NCBI GenBank assembly: GCA_963804995.1
Contig: CAWDSK010000006.1
Coordinates: forward strand, 480,001 to 544,000
Source of the DNA: an uncultured Acidobacteriota bacterium
GTDB lineage: Bacteria; Acidobacteriota; Terriglobia; UBA7540
Reading direction: 5' to 3'
DNA length: 64,000 nucleotides
Below the pieces are notes generated by a model that saw nothing but the letters and a program-made list of their open reading frames with translations, searched no databases and had not been told where the DNA came from. Made by a program: the position numbers and the translations under genes. The number at the start of each line of letters is the position of its first letter. The stretch's first letter is position 1. Positions 63,349-64,000 of this stretch are shown in pieces.

Positions 63349-63799
63349 ATGACGCAACACAATAACTTCATCAAGGCCGGGTTAGGCGTCCCGATTGTCA
63401 TTCTTTCCGGATTTTGTTTGGCTTCTAAATATATTTGGTATATCCAGACATTGCTTTACCTTGTTTCCCTCTTTCCGGGTACATATTTAGTTATAGGTCC
63501 AGCACTGGTAGCAGATCGTTTAGAAACAAACCCTAATATAGTGCAACTATCCGAACACGCTGATAAAGATAAATACTTTAATCGTACAGTAATAGGCTAC
63601 TTCATTCTTATGTTTTCTGCATTTTTGTTGGCATACTCATAGGTTTATTATTTATATTGCTATAATTGCGGCTATAGTTTTGGTTATGAGTTCGGGGATG
63701 AAGGCAGATTATTACGAAAACAACTTTGAAAGGCTTGTCGAAGAATGCCTTAAAAAGCGTGCCAAAGAATACGAGATACAAAACAACGTAAGAAAGTAA
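63349..63799 (+). CDS. Low-GC membrane protein, probably frameshifted near 63635-63642
   Basis: GGAG RBS; a hydrophobic ORF to 63642 continues in another frame to TAA 63799. Confidence 0.5.
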
Positions 63800-63801
63800 A
63801 A

Positions 63802-64000
63802 GCGGGTAGCCACGGTCAGCGCTTTTCTGATCGTGGGCTTTTCTCAGGCGCGATACCCCAATGGCAATCGCACGTAATCAATCTGGATGGGGCACGCCGC
63901 CACCGTTGCCTTGTCCAAAGCGAAATTGTTGTAACTCGACCACCGCCAAAAGAACCCACGGTCAGGACTGGTCGCCGCGGCGACACCGTGGCTACCCCGC
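63802..64000. repeat. REPIN-like doublet, inverted homolog of 60830-61001
   Basis: Shared spacer TCAATCTGGATGG..ACCGTTGCC.TGTCCAAAG and shared REP arms. Confidence 0.85.

Overview
GC-rich bacterial window. Gene content suggests Acidobacteriota, but that is inference. The housekeeping and metabolic backbone is an NtrC-type regulator, bioBFDA, phoH-ybeY-corC-era, queA, rlmI, 2-oxoacid:ferredoxin oxidoreductase, MFS transporters, a GH27 enzyme, a PQQ dehydrogenase with cytochrome c, a Ni/Co ECF transporter and gltA. It is interleaved with accessory DNA: a four-gene SIR2-HerA-KTSC-Zn-finger defence-like operon, five toxin-antitoxin modules or remnants, a group II intron, an IS5 element, an IS110/IS1111 element, MITEs and many REP-like hairpin families. 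Top signals: (1) an IS1111-type element inserted in a GTAG-REP, whose downstream non-coding end carries readable target- and donor-matching guide segments (bridge/seek RNA); (2) a group II intron inserted in a different GTAG-REP family, with a matching EBS1; (3) SIR2-HerA extended by a KTSC gene and a CxxC gene; (4) repeat-bracketed cargo cassettes. About eight genes carry single-base frameshifts, which probably reflect sequencing error.
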